A DNA stretch of 64,000 bases from Octopus sinensis (GCF_006345805.1 NC_042999.1:125612001-125676000); one strand, 5' to 3'; shown: positions 11,491 through 26,606, counted from the stretch's first letter. Numbers and translations: made by a program. The notes: a model not told the origin generated them from the sequence alone.

Positions 11491-14400
11491 ATAATTGTTA
11501 AGCCCCAGGTCTGTCTTGATTGAGAAAACCTTTGATGAAACATGTACTAGCTGTAAGCACTCCTTTTTTATATATATATCTGTGGCTACATTATCTACAA
11601 TATCCTTTGAGGAAGAATTGGAAACTATTCTTGGTAGGTCATGCAACCATTTGGAGCTCTCTTGTTGTTTTGACTTATTCTAGTTTTAATGAAGTAATGA
11701 AACAAAACTAACTTTTTGGACCTCCAAAATTAAAAGCATAAGTTTCAGTACATTTTTGAATAATTAGTTTTAATGTTCTAACATATGAGATAACTTACAG
11801 TACCAGAACGATATAACTGGTTTAATATAGTTAAAACACTACAAAAATTACACTACTGAATTTATTGTAACTGTAAGCAGTGATAGGTGACTACATTTAT
11901 ATATTAATTGCATCAGCCTTATTCTAATAGTTATTTTTCATGCTTCTATAGGTTAAGCATACAGATTTATTTTAAGAAGAAAAAGGGAGGATCATCAACA
12001 GCTTGATTTCAATCATCATAATACCAGGATTTTTTTTTATGAAACTAAATGATTTCATTATATTAAATGGATTATCCTGCATGAAGCATTCTCTTTGGAT
12101 TTAATTCTCATCTACATCTTTTGTTGCATTTAGAAATTTTTTTATGTCAAAGCTCTTAAGCTATTGAGCTAGTTTTTTCTTTAGCACTAATCATCTACTT
12201 TATCTTCTCTTAGCTACTTACAGATGTATTTTTAACTTTGGGATCAATCAGTAGCTATTTCTAATTTACTTGTAATACTGTATTCAGAAAAAATTGTATT
12301 TAGTTTACCATCGCTAAACCTATTTATATTATTTGGGGGTATATTTTCTTCCTTATTTCTTATATACCATTCTAATTTAATCTCCCTTTTCCATTTATTC
12401 TATCTTTTGAAATTTAGTTACTTATCCACAGAATCATTTCTATGTTTTTGCTCATCTAAGTGAAGTAATTCCACAGTAAACGATAGGGTAATTAATCATG
12501 CACTCTATGTTGAATACTTGATATCTGCAATATCACTGAACAGCACACTTAAACCAGTAAGAAGTATACTATGTACACTACATGCCAAAAATAAATCCCT
12601 TATTTATAAATTATAATTAAATTGGTTCTTTCACTCAAATTAATCAGAGATTTTCAGGACCCAGTAAAAGCTTCAAAATTGTGAAATTATATACTCGGAA
12701 TAAATTTTTCAGAATAAATGATATATAAAACTATAAATATTAATTCAAAAGGAAATGAGTTGTGTTATTTATTCTTGTTGCTTAAAACATGCTATACTTT
12801 TAAAATAGGTAATATTTCCAAAGGTGAACTGTTACACACATACAAAAATATATGAATCTAAACACTCATGTTCATTAATTACATTGTTAGACTGAAGTCA
12901 ATTAGAATTATTACCATTACATTATCTGAAAATTGTGTTGCTAGAGTCAAGTCTTCCTTCTACTGGGCTCATGAAATAAATACCATTACTATAAAAAATA
13001 ATTTCAATTGACTATACAATCATTCCCAAAATGGGCTTTACACCTAGTCAAATAAAAATGAATATAAGTTATGGATACTGATAATTTGCACTGCAACATA
13101 AATTTGAGTTCTCATTTGAAACTTTTAAAAGGGAATGTTTGCAGAAGGGCATATATACCATGATTTTCCCAGTCTCCTCCTCATAATCAGGAAACATTGA
13201 TGTATATTAGAAATAATTATCATTATTTCTAGTAATAGCCTAAGATTGAGCTAGAAGATATCAAACATATTATAAGTTCAGTCTGAAAAACTCCAAGCTA
13301 CTTTTCTAAATATTGTTTAACTTCACACAATTTACTGGCATTTTGCATATACATACTTCCACAAATGCTTTCTTTTTTTTAATAAACTTTCTCACATATC
13401 TTTGAACTTCAGTCATTCCTCAAACCTTAATATTATATCACATTCTCCTTTCATACATTTCAAAGACTAGCAGTTGGGATGTTTTCAATTGTTCTTGTTT
13501 TACCCACTGAGACAGATCAACTTTTACTGGTTATTTTCTAAAATTAAACCTGAAATCTCTCTGGTAGACTTACACATGTACTTTAACACTACAAATACAG
13601 TTTCTTTTCCTTATTCTCTAGTACAGTTTCTCTGACTTTATACCACTAATCCTTTTTGTTTTGGTGAAGTTATTGCTAAAGCTGTCAATAAATTGTTATA
13701 TCATCTCTTAAAATACTCATTTTTATTAAATATTTTACATCTAGACTACAGCAGGTGAACTGTTGTCTCATTTTCTTTCATAGTTTGAACAAATCCCAAT
13801 TACATCCTTCTAAACTTCTCACCTATTAGTAATGGGAAAAAATTTTCTGGAATTAACCATCTTCAGGGTTTTTATCTAAGCTGTTAAAACTTCACTCTGG
13901 CTAAAGCATTAGTTCTTATCTCTTTCATCATCAGCATCATGAATGAATGGCCAAGTAGATAAGATACTAAACAAACGCTTATACAAAATTTTTAGTTCAT
14001 AGAGCTTTTAGTTGATTATAATGCTTCTTGCCTAAATCTATATGATACCAAAACATAAAAGAACCTCTTCACCTAAATTCAAATATTTCAATGAATATTA
14101 AGTTGGCCAACACATTTGTTCTATCATATCTTAATTAATGCTTCCCTCACTAACTAGATCCCTACAGATAAAATCATTTTATACTGAATCCATTTAATAT
14201 TTAATAGAAGTGTTTTATTCATGACACATCTTTTGACTAAATTTTTACACCAATTCTATCAGTATATTTTAAACATTTCACATACAAACTAGTCATTAAA
14301 TTTTAATATCTCAGTAAAAGAATTAAAAGAATAATTGTTCTTAATGAAAAAAAAAACTTTTCTCTATAACCCTCTTACAACAAATTTCCAACCAGAAAAC

Positions 14401-17361
14401 TTTCATTATTTTATAACTATTCAACATAATATGAAACTTATTGCACAAAGTTTGCAAAATTTTATCTTCAATAAGACATTTTACTGATCGTCAACTAAAA
14501 AATTAGATATCAAAGATCAGTGCAAGTCATTGGCTGAGTAACAGATTTAAGAAAATATCTAACAAAACAGATTCTCAGTGTTTTGAGTTAAAAAACCAGC
14601 AATGTTACTTTACTGCTACCTTTCATTTAAATACCAGAGTAGATGACACAGTTATACTTAAAATAAACCTAGAGATTTCTAAAACTGAAGATGATTGGCA
14701 ATAAGCCTATATGTTGCCTGAAACTTTGACTGAAAAAGGTGATAGTGAATGTATAGAGTGTACTTTGGATAACAGTGAAGCATTTTGGGACATTATGAAG
14801 AAGAAAATGTTTACAATCCACAATAATAATCTAAATGGATAAAAGGTGCAGCAGGAAATGTGTTTCTAAAATACACTAGATATGATTATATTCTAATGCA
14901 GGGATGTTATGAATAGTAGTAGTTGGAGTGCAGACACTAAGGCTTCTACAGACAAAACACATGTGTGGCACATGCCGTTTGGAGACACAGTCCTAGCCCA
15001 TCGCCCAGCATGTCTGTTGCATGGGATATATCCTTCGCCTGGATGACCTGGCAATCCTGGAAAAAGAAAGCATACGTGCCATTTCAAAAATTGGCTAATG
15101 TTTCATTTAGCCAAGGCACAAACGGACTGTTTTTTTTTTTCAATAAACAAGTATATGAGGAAAAATTAACAACCTATTTAAAAAGCAACTTATTTTGTTC
15201 CAGTTGCCTTTCCTGTCTACAAATGGTTAAATAATAATGTTTCAAATGGTTAATGTTCTTTGATTGAGTACTTTTCTTTCAAAATCTGCAAGACTGCTGT
15301 TTATACATAGTAAAAAGAATTTAGCTTAAACTTCTGGTTAGAACAGATATGTAAAAATGAAATTTATGATAGCCATTGAAGTATGTAAATGCTATGCTAT
15401 GACAACATTAATGAACTCAGTGATTGTCTAAGAAGTTTTCTATTTGATTCCTTATTGATTTCTAACTTTAGTACAAAAATGCACATTTTGGAAAAGGGTG
15501 CAGTTGATAGAATTGCCTTAAATACTCAACTGGTACTTATTTTGTTGACCTCAAAATGATAATGTGAATACAACTAGACACACAAAAATATTTAGTCTGG
15601 CACTATCATTACTGTCACTCTATTTCCCTACACTTAGCTATCTACTAAATATAATTTAATTATAACAAAAACTAAACTATTTTTGTATAACAGCAATGAT
15701 TCCATTATATCTAGGCACTTAATAAAAATATACTTTTCAAAATATTTGAAATGTTTTCAAAACATTTTCTCCTGTGAATAGTATAATTTAGGTGACAAAC
15801 GGGCAAAAACAATGGATTATATTGTTTACTCTACATTTTTAAATATGCAAACAAAGAAATCTGATCGCCAAATTATTTAGAAATTAAGCACAACACTATA
15901 AATATATAATTAGACATTTGAGTTAAATAATTCAGATTAGTTTGTATGACAATCTGATCCAATGTTTAGATCCTTTGATTAATAAGTAAACTTATCATTT
16001 ATAAAAGCTAATTCTTTTAAAAATATGCAGAATCCTAATTTTCAAAAGAAAAAAAAAAAATTCAGTAATAAAATTAGTTCAAACTTTAATACTCAGGCAG
16101 TTAGCTCTACAAATATTATCAGCTCTGCAACAGATTAACTATAATCCAACAGCAAATTGTTATAAGAGAACCTATTATCTTTTATTAAGAATAATATTAC
16201 ACATAAATTAGCTATCATCATAACTGTAAAGTTCAATGTTTGCCTTAAAATATAGCAACTTGCAACATTTTGATACAGCAACTACGAAGTAATCCTTTCC
16301 TGCTGTTAAGCCAAGCTTAAACAAGCACTGAGAGCACCTTTATAAATAAATGACTTCAAATAGCAAATCAAAAAGCAAATCTCAAATGTTGAAAGGAAAT
16401 TCTAATGTGTAATGTTTATCAGAAAGGAAAATACTATTTATTTTTTAAAGAATAGATTCAATTACTCTTGTTTTATCTTTCCACAAAGCAACTGAAGGCA
16501 CACATGATGTCAGTAATCCTTTTTTTATGTCTTTTATCAGCAGGTTTTGGAAAATCAGGAAGTGACAGTTGTAGTTGTGGCAATCTGCCTGAATTTTACG
16601 AAGCTATATTAAAAACTAATAACTTTTATTTTTAGTAATTATTTGCTACCATAAAATAGTATATTATGTAAAGCAAATGTTTTCCTAATTTAACAGGAGT
16701 TCTAATCAACTCTCTGCACAGTCCAGTAACTGTTACAAAGTGAATCACTCACAACAATCTGTTTGGGTGGTGTGATGGCAATGTGCATATTCATTGAGCC
16801 TATCATGTATTAATATCATTGATATTGAATCAGTATTCAGTTTTTGGTATGGGTAAACATTTATTACTTAAGTCTTATCCAATTCAACAAGGGGAAAAAA
16901 GTCAATATAGTTTTAAAATTTTCTTTAAGAACAAAAGTAAAGCTGAGTCAGAGGAAGTATTTGTATAACAAAGCAGTCTAAATTACTTAGAAGAATTTGT
17001 AAATTCAGATAGAATTAAACAAGCAAGAACGAAAGTTGAGGCAAAATTATATGATAGAATTTTGTTGAAAACTAAGTTAATTGAGAGCAATTAATCAAGA
17101 TTATCATGGATATTTTGGTATTAGTATAAAAATAAATTATATCAGTTGAAATATCTAAAATTAGAGAAATTAGGAGATATTTTAGTTGATCTTTGTATAT
17201 ATACTTCTTTTTGTGAGTAACACTTTAGCATTTGAAGCTGTTGAATATGTTTCACTTAATAAGATTTACTTCCTAAATCATTTGACAAGAACTGGAGTAA
17301 TTTTAAAGAATTATCTTAACAGACAATTACATTAGCATTTATATTAAGGAACGTCTATTAT

Positions 17362-17745
17362 AGGTACGGATATAGTTGTGAGGTTGAGAAGCTTGCTTTC
17401 TGACCAGGTGGTCTTGAAGTTCAGTTATACTGCATGGCACCTTGGACAGGTGTCATTAACCATAGCCCCAGGCCAACTAAAGCCTTGTGAATGGATTTGT
17501 AGATAGAAACTGAAAGAAGCCTGTCATGTATATATGTATGCATTTATATACCCATGTCTTGAATCACATGATGGCTGTAAATGAACAGCCTTATTATACA
17601 AGTAATGTCATTCATTTCCAGTTTTCTGTGAATAATATGGTTGGTCATGAGAAATATTTCTTGTTTGGAAACAAGTGAAGGTTGGTGATAGGAAAGGCAT
17701 CTGCTTGTAGAAAATTTGCTTCAATAAATTCTGTCTGACTCATGA
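17362..17745 (+). mobile_element. tRNA-derived SINE, second family
   Basis: gttgtgaggttgagaagcttgct...gttcagttatactgcatggcaccttggacagg...aaagccttgtgaatggatttgtagatagaaactgaaagaagcc. Confidence 0.7.
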
Positions 17746-17852
17746 TGTATATAATCTGTTATTACATATAAACACGAATTCTTAAAGTACTTCTCAATTT
17801 CTATATAATCTTTTTTATTATGTAGAAAGATACAATTGCATTTAATTAACCA

Positions 17853-18080
17853 TTAACTCTTTAGCATTCAGATTACTCTGTCAAATGTAATGCTTATTTA
17901 TTCACATTGTTTTGAATTAATTGGGCCTTATCTCATAGCTTCAAGATATTAATGATGTGATTGTTTATTTTTCAACTGTCATTGTACAGTATATGTGAGA
18001 AGCCAGATCTGTCTGGTCTGAACATAAAGCAGGTAGAATATTTGGGCTGGATATGACCAGTTTAAATACTAAAGGGTTAA
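17853..18080 (+). mobile_element. piggyBac-like MITE copy
   Basis: ttaactctttagcattcagattac...aaatactaaagggttaa. Confidence 0.8.
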
Positions 18081-20270
18081 GGTATCATAGTTGTAATTAT
18101 TATTAGCATAAAGCCATCAGTATATTGTTGATAATTATTTTATAATAAATGGGTGGATGCGATGAGCAAAGTCAGTCCCAGAAAGAGTTGCACAAAGCAA
18201 TGAGGTACTTTTGCTTTGCATACAAATCCATATAACTTATGAAAAAGATTTAATATATCATTCGAATATGAATCTGTCCATACACTAAACTAAAATTTAT
18301 AATATAAAGAGTTATTTTTTTAATGAATCAGTTAGAAAAGAAAGGAAAGCCCCTATGAGTGGTAGAAGAGAATGGAGAAGTTATCCTTAGATCAGAGACC
18401 TTGCTTGAATGCTTGCAACAGACTCAGCTAAAGGTACCCAAGTGCCAGAAAGTAATGTAAAATCAGGTTACAGATTAAGTCCACAACCTAAGATTAGGAA
18501 TGATTCCTTAAATGGTCTTCCTTACAGTTTCCATCTACCAAATTTCTTAACTTAGAAGGCTTTGGTGAACCCAAGATAGAAGACCCTTACTTTGGAAGCA
18601 AACTTCTCAACCATGCAGCCATGCTTGTGCCTATTTTTCTACTAGTTATTACCAAAGTCTTTTCAGAATTTAAGATTACAGATACCAATGAATGGGACTG
18701 TGGAACAAGAAGTTAAAAGCATTGAAATCCTATGTTAGGGATAAAAATACTGAATTTAAACTCAACCTATGATTATATGTATATAAAGGTAGGGAACTGT
18801 AAAATGATTGAGGATTACTAGATGTTTATTTTAAAAAAAATACTGTAGAATACAGAAATATAAATGCAAGCAATGAAGTTAATCATATGGAGATCTCAAA
18901 TGAAGGTTAAGACAATGTTTTTAAATCAAAGGTATATATGTGAAAGATAAAAGCTAAAAATATCTATGGTAATCATACAAAAAACAGATTCTCTTTTTGA
19001 AGTATATAACTGACCTAGAAAACTGTCAACTAAATTTTATCAGCAATAAGACAGGCCTACTGTAGATGATAGTTTTAACAAATTCCAGACTGATGAAAGA
19101 ATGATTTCAGTAACTTTTCTTATCCACACAAAAAGAAAGAAACAAAGAAACAAGCAAAAAAACTGACAAAGTTTTTAGTTCAACTATGAAATATTTTACT
19201 TGTCCTCTCATATAATGTGAGTACAGTACTTAAGTGAAAATTTAACTGAACAGTAATGTTTATTAAAAACTAAAACAAGAAGGTGAATAGCTAATAGCAG
19301 TGTCAAGGCTAGTTGACAATATATTTCTTTAACCACAATTAGTAACAGACATGATGTGTGTGTGTGTGTGAAAGTGAATCAAATGTTGATTGTGTCAAAA
19401 GAGAACAATGCACTGACAGAATAATTAACTATGAACAAAATCATAGGTGTGCTTGGTTGAGTGAGCAACAATTATATACTTATATTGTATTATTTCTCAT
19501 TACAACTCCCTTACCTGTTGATGGTTTGACTGAAGAAAAATGATCACCTACATATCATAAAAAACCAAGGTAGATAACACCAATTGTTAGAAGAACATAG
19601 TCATATTCAAAAGGTGTAACTTGGGAAATTCTTTAGTAAAACAGAACAGAACATTAATTTACATACAACAACCCAAAGACTAACAAATGAAATTTTAAAG
19701 AACACACTGCAAAAAAAATTTGCAAACACATTTTGTGAGTGCTGTGTTTGTACATCTGAAACTAAACCCACATATGCAAGTGTCACCTTGATTTCAATAT
19801 TTTAAACTTTAGATTTTATATTGTTTTATAGTAGTCACAGCATACTAAGGAAGTTAATAACTAAAGAAGTGAATAAAGCAACATGATATGAAGATTAGTG
19901 TTTTTATTGTCACATCCAAATCATCATGAAGCAAAAGGAAATTCATAAATCGACTGGTAAGTAATAAATATTTAGTCACATCCCACCTTTAGCCTAGTTT
20001 CCTTAATAGAGAAATTTACAGTTAGTGAACATAATCTTAATTATGGCTGTGTTTCTTTTACTTTAAAAACAACAACAATATCCTGAATTAAGTAACATAA
20101 TATTTTAGCATATCTCCAACACATGCAGATGAATATCTGAAATATCATTTCATTCATTCTAATAAGCACATATTGTTCTCATTATCACTCTCACAGATAC
20201 ATAAATAATGAACACAATTAAATGTAAAGTGCTTCTGGGCTAAGAGTATGCATTTTAGAAAGCAACTTAC

Positions 20271-20367
20271 CATGGTTTTTTTCATTGAGCAAAGACCTAG
20301 TTGCTGGAATGAACATTTCCATAAGATCTGGTACTTTTCTGATTATGCGAAAAGCACACAGAGTAGC
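20271..20367 (-). CDS. AP1G1: AP1G1 coding exon (97 nt)
   Basis: [32 protein letters not shown](G). Acceptor ttttacag, donor G|gtaagt. Confidence 0.97.
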
Positions 20368-20584
20368 CTGTAAAAACAATATTGCTGTATTAGGTAATTT
20401 CAAAAGGTTTCATTATTATAAAACAATGGCAGCTTGGATAAATTAATAAAAACAAATACATATAAAGAGAAATTTAACACCAAAAGATGAAGTGGCAGAG
20501 TCATACTTTAGGTGGTAATTAAAAATAATTATGCCAATATCAACACAATTTAACATTTGATATTAATTTTTGAGCAGTATTATA

Positions 20585-21847
20585 TTAAGTAAATGTGTGA
20601 AATTTGCGTGAATTAGAAAACAGTGGTGATTGATATTTTGTAGGACAGTTTGATCTGTAGAAAAGGCGTGGGTAGAAACTCCATAAGATGTACCGAGGGT
20701 AAGCTATGGATGCATAAGAGGTGCAGCAACATCAAAGGAAGGTTAACTGGGATGATAGCTTTTGTGTGAAGCAGATGCACAGAGGCAATAAACACTGCAG
20801 ATACTCAGAAAACGGATTCCATCACATGCCAGGGTGAGAAACTAGAAGTAGCTGATAGCTTCTGCTACATAGGTGACCAAGTCTATAGTAGGGGGGGTGG
20901 ATGCTCGGAGAGCATTGCCACTAGAATAAGAATAGCTTGGGCAAAGTTCAGAAAGCTCCTACCTCTACTGGTGACAAAGGGCCTCTCACTCAGAATGAAA
21001 GGTAGACTGCATGATGCATGTATGCGAACTGCCATGCTACACAGTAATGAAACATGAGCTGTGACTGCTGAAGATATGCGTAAGCTTGAAAGAAATGAAG
21101 CTGGTATGATCCACTGGATGTGTAATGTCAGTGTGCACACACAACAGAGTGTAAGCACCCTGAGAGAAATGTTGGACATAAAAAGCATCAGATGTGGTGT
21201 GCAAGAGAGATGACTGCACTGGCATGGTCATGTGCTGCATATGGATGAGGAGAGCTGTGTGAAGAAGTGTCGCTATTTAACAATGGAAAGAACCCATGGT
21301 AGAGGGAGACCCAGGATGACATAGAATGAGGTGGTGAAGCATGACCTTCAAACATTGGGCCTCACAGAGGCGATGTCAAGAGATTGAGATCTCTAGAGAT
21401 ATGGTGTGATTAAGAAGACCTGGCAATTAAAGTGAGAAATTGTAGTGGTGACCGTTGCCAGTGCTGCCTAACTGGCTCTCGTACTGGTGGCACACAATAA
21501 GCACCATTCATACATAGGTCATTGCCAGTGCTGCTTGACTGGGTCCCCGTTCCGGTGGCACATAAAAAGCATCATCCAAACATGGTTGATCCCGCCCCCC
21601 ATCCTGTGCTGGTAGCATGTAAAAGGCATCCTCCGAACATGGCTGATGCCAGTGCCGCCTGACTTGCTCCTGTGCCGGTGGCATGTAAAAAGTACCCACT
21701 ACACTCTCGGAGTGGTTTGCGTTAAGAAGGGCATCCAGCTGTAGAAACATTGATTAGAGCCTGGTGTGACCTCCTGGCGTGCCAGTCCGCAGTCAAACCA
21801 TCCAACCCATGCCAGCATGGAAAACAAGTGTTAAACGATGATGATGA
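20585..21847 (+). mobile_element. 5'-truncated RTE-clade LINE: C-terminal ORF, tandem-repeat 3' UTR and (GAT)n tail
   Basis: KLEVADSFCYIGDQV..GGCSESIATRIRIAWAKFRKLLPLLVTKGLSLRMKGRLHDACMRTAMLH..KLERNEAGMIHWMCNV..GRGRPRMT*NEVVKHDLQTLGL; ends ttaaacgatgatgatga. Confidence 0.85.
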
Positions 21848-22475
21848 ATAAAGAAGTGATGATCACTTAAAGTGGATGAAAGTTGTGGAAGAGGGAGACC
21901 TGGGAAGACATGGGATGAAGTACTGAAGGTTGATCTCAAAACATCGAGCCTTATGAAGGAGATGACAAAGGGCTGAGATATGTAGCACATTGTTGTACTC
22001 AAGAAGACGCACCCACCACAACAGAATTGATATCCTAAAACCACCTTGATAACGTTTGTCCATGAGGGGATCTGCCCTTTCAACGTTCTCACCCACTCAC
22101 ATTTCATCCCCTAACACCCAAACAGCACTGGTACTGGTGCCATGTAAAAAGCATTAGTGCTGGTATCACATAAAAATCACTTGTTCCACGTAAAAAACAC
22201 TGGTGCTGGTGTCACGTAAAAGGCACTGGTGTCGGTGCCACGCAAAAGGCACTGATGTTGGTGCCCCAGCCATGTAAAAAGCACTGGTGCCGGTGCCATG
22301 TAAAAAGCACTGGTGCCAGTGCCATGTAAAAAGCACCCAATACACCCTGTAAAGTGGTTGGCCTTAGGAAGGGCATCCAGCTGTAGAAACCAAGCTAATA
22401 CAGACTATGGAAGCTGGTCCAGTTCCTGTCAAATTGTCCAACCTATGCCAACATGGAAAATGGACATTAAATGAA
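21848..22475 (+). mobile_element. Second RTE 3' fragment with a ~25-bp minisatellite and tail
   Basis: GRGRPGKTWDEVLKVDLK-like frame; (aaaagcactggtgccggtgccatgta)n at about 22120-22340; aagggcatccagctgtagaaacc tail motif. Confidence 0.72.
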
Positions 22476-23149
22476 GCTATAAGCCTTCACCATATATTGG
22501 TTATAGGAAATAGTCTAATATCAGGGTATATAAGTCCCTATAATAGGAAATAATAAGCATTAGTGCATTAGTACACATGCTAATGCCCATTTTTTTCTGT
22601 TACATGGGATTATAAGTCCTAATATTAGATTATTTTCTATAGTCAATATACAGTGAAGGATTATAATTCCATTTATAGTATTATAATTATTTGATTAAGC
22701 ACAAAGCGAGTTATGTAAATTTCCCACATGTGACTGATTAAGAATCACCTATACAAGAGATGGCAGGAATAGTCAATCAATAACTGGGTTAACTGTGAAT
22801 GTGGCTGATTAAATCTTATGTAACTGAAGTGTTTTGAAAAAAAAGGATGATTTGCAAGATGAGGACAAGCCAATTTACAGACATACGAACAGTCAAATTT
22901 GCCATTATTTAGAGTGATTTTAAGTTTTACTACCATTAAAGTTTAGGAGTCAATCTCACTGATGAATAATACACAAATATGTATGAAATCCAAGACAAAA
23001 TTAGTTATTTTCAAGCATGGAATAACAGGTTGAACATTCTTTTGTTGCCGAGTTACTCCAACAGACAGAGAATATAAAAACATCTAAAAGAGCAAATAAA
23101 AAGTTCATCTTCCTAATTTAAAAGATTTTTTAATAAAGATTTTATTTAC

Positions 23150-23291
23150 CTTTTTCTTTATGTAAGCATTTGAAGACTTTAATAATTTTTCTACCTCTCC
23201 TGCTAAATCTCGGCTCATTTCTGTTGAGCATACAGAGCCTAAAGTACACAATGCCAAGCTTTGTATATATTGATTCTGATGGGTAAGATCA
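23150..23291 (-). CDS. AP1G1: AP1G1 coding exon (142 nt)
   Basis: (N)[47 protein letters not shown]. Acceptor ctttccag, donor AAG|gtaaat. Confidence 0.97.
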
Positions 23292-25451
23292 CTGGAAAGA
23301 AAAAGATTACAGATTGAGAATAAAGAAAACCTAAATGATAAACATTTTAATAGGTACCTATACAAGTCAAGGTATCAAAATCAGAGATCAACAGTTTTAT
23401 GGCTTCCCTTCTAACTTTCTTTATGAGACATACACAATGATGGCTTTTTATATCACAATCAACAGCCTATGTACAGCACAAAACTTGGAAGACAAACTTA
23501 ATAAATCATAAATATGAAAATGTAGTGAATACTTCAACAAATGGTTCCTGCAAATAATACCAATGACCTGTTAGGTATATGTTATATGATATTCGTTGAA
23601 CTATTTGCACATGAAATTTGTTCAAAAAGGTGACTTTTGTGCAGACCACAGGATATACAAGAAGTACAGCACGGGTAAGTGGTTAAGAAGTTTGCTCTGC
23701 AACTACATAGTTCCAGATTCAATTCCACTGCATGGCACCTTTGATAAGTGTTGTCTACAACAGTCTGAGTAGACTAATGGCTTGTGAGAGGAATTTAGAA
23801 GATGCAAACAGTGCAGTAGCTTTTCATATCATCATCATTTTATCATTCCATGCTGGTGGGGATTGAACGAAAAAAAAAAACTGGACAACTTTAGTTTTGT
23901 GTAGTCTTTCTTACAGTGAAATTCTTTTATCTTCTTGAGTTCTGCTTAGAGTGTTAGTTGAATAGCTTCAGGTTAGCTCTCACCAAAGACAACTATGGCG
24001 CATAATTATTTGACTGAATGACTAAGTGTGACTGTCTAACTGAGGGCCATGCTGTACATGCCAACAAGCATTGATACAAGTCACATGGAGTACAGTGGGA
24101 CAATTTAGTTATGTAATGAAAGAGTTTTCGTGCAGTCACTCAAGCTGCTCAAATTGCAGCAAATCACCTTCAAAGTTCACCCTATTGTCTTAAAAATGAT
24201 GAATATAGTGGATAAAATAGTTCTGAACATAATATGCCAGAATATGTCAAATGACAGGTTCATCACAGGGAAACATACAGTAAATAGAAATATTTGGTTG
24301 AAGACTAAGAGGTAGTGAAGCAGAATCAAACAATGTTGATACCATTGACCTTATCCACTGTTCTCAATGAGAAATATTTTGTAATTGACAAGGAAGTTGT
24401 AAATGTCATTGTTGCAGTAGAGAGAAATAAATTAAAAACAAAAAGTGTTTCAGCAGATAAGTTAGTGTTGACATATTGTTTAATGAAGTGAGCATTGAAA
24501 ATTTAAATAGAAATACTTATGTGCTGAGAAATTGACAACATTAGTTCAATGGCTAATATTGTTCTAATCATTCCAGATACCACAGGAGATATGTCCAGAC
24601 ATGTATACAACAACTGTCTGGATAAAAGATAGCATCCGAGAAACAGCAAATAACTTTGCAGCACTGAAGTAAACCTATTAAATCCTACAAACTAAATAAA
24701 ATCTAGTCATTGAGTACATATTCAGGGTGGTAAAAACTATAAATGCAATCACCCAAAACAGATACTACACATAATTTACTTCAAAAGTTAAATGATCTCA
24801 TAAACTAAAGGCGGCATTTAAACAAAATAACCAGAGCATTAATTCCACTGACAACATAAAATTAATATATAATATAAAAATTAAAAATCAGGACACCTTG
24901 TATTAAACAAAAAGGCATTATCCATTCATTATACAAAAGATTATTCAATGCTGCAACTCACATCCAAAACAAACTTAACATGATAAATAATCATATAACC
25001 CCATAGTTACATATAAATAGTGCTTAATGTGACCAAACTAAAAGGAAAATAAAAACAGAAGAGCAGTCTTTGGAAATGAATTAACATTCAAAATAGATAT
25101 CTTATATGCATCTCTACAATGAATACTGTATAAAAGGCAGGTAATTCTTAGATTTAATCTGCTATAGACAGTATTATGATTTACTCTCAATAACTCTCCA
25201 TAACATCATATACTTTTGTCAACTATTATAACAATAATATATGTTTTCCTTAACTGCAATTATGATTTAATAAAATTGCAAATGTTAAATGAGAACAAGA
25301 GAAAAATTAATTACTTTAGATGTAATTTCTTTAATATCACAATATAAAAATAGTTAGTAAGATCAAATGACATTATCTAACAATGTTATTCACAAGTTTC
25401 AGCCAAATCTAAACTGTTTCTATGAAATATACTAAGAAAAGTAAGATGCTA

Positions 25452-25673
<222 letters not shown>

Positions 25674-26606
25674 TTATTTTGTTCTGAAATGAACATCTGA
25701 TTGCTTTTTCTTTTTGTGCAAGAAATGAGATTATGTAATGTAGCAAGTTACAAATAAAAGTCAAAACTGGATCGAGAGCTCATTTTACTAGAAGCACTCA
25801 TTTACTCTACAGCACTTTCTTAATAATATTCACAACTGTCAGCTGTCATAATATTTATCTTTAAATAGAAAGCAGCCAAAATTATTCTAAGTAATTTTGG
25901 AGAATTATTCTGCGTAATATTAGAGTTGACAATGAGGAAGCTATGAAGCTAAATAGTCTGCTAGCAGATACATCTTTGTAGCTAGCAAGCATAATATATA
26001 TTTCATTGGCTTGCTCCATGTCATAGATTAGCTAAGGGTTTAATGTACAATATGGGTTATCAAAACTTTACCAAGAAATTTGCTGTTCTTCATATTATTA
26101 TTACAGTATGGATTAATCAGAAAGACTGTATTAATCATGGCAGACAAAAACGTATGTACTGCAAAAAAAAAAAGTATAAATATACAGCCATCAGAAACAG
26201 ACAGAGCTGTGTGATGAAGAAGCTCATTTCAAAACTATGTGGTCTAAAGCTCAATCCCACTGCATGGCACCTCAGACAAGTGTTTTCTACCATAGTTTTA
26301 GATCAATCTGAGACTATATGAGAAGCCCACTGGAAGGACTGTTTTAGTTTTTAAACAGTAGACTAAACTCACCACCATCTTGCACACACCCAATTGCATA
26401 CATTTAGTTGCACGGATCCTGTTTGAGGAGAATTTGCCAATTGCTTCCCACTAATTTTGGAGTCACTTAAAAAGTTTATGGGTGCAGCTCTTGGAACTTT
26501 AAGTCATGTGTAAAAGACAAACACGTTAAAATCATTTAGGGTTAGAGAAGCAGTTCTCTTTCAAGCACTATACAGAATTAAAATCAACTTGGTCAACTTT
26601 ACTTAC

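Noticed and set aside
13863-13931. Minus-strand ATGATGA...CTGA pair about 70 nt apart
   Set aside because: No terminal stem and no recognisable rRNA or snRNA antisense element.
22120-22340. CRISPR-like array
   Set aside because: These are adjacent tandem units without unique spacers in a eukaryotic retroelement UTR, i.e. a minisatellite.
22959-22995. CTGATGA...GAAA hammerhead-like spacing
   Set aside because: There is no stem I or stem III complementarity, and the AT-only stem II is offset.
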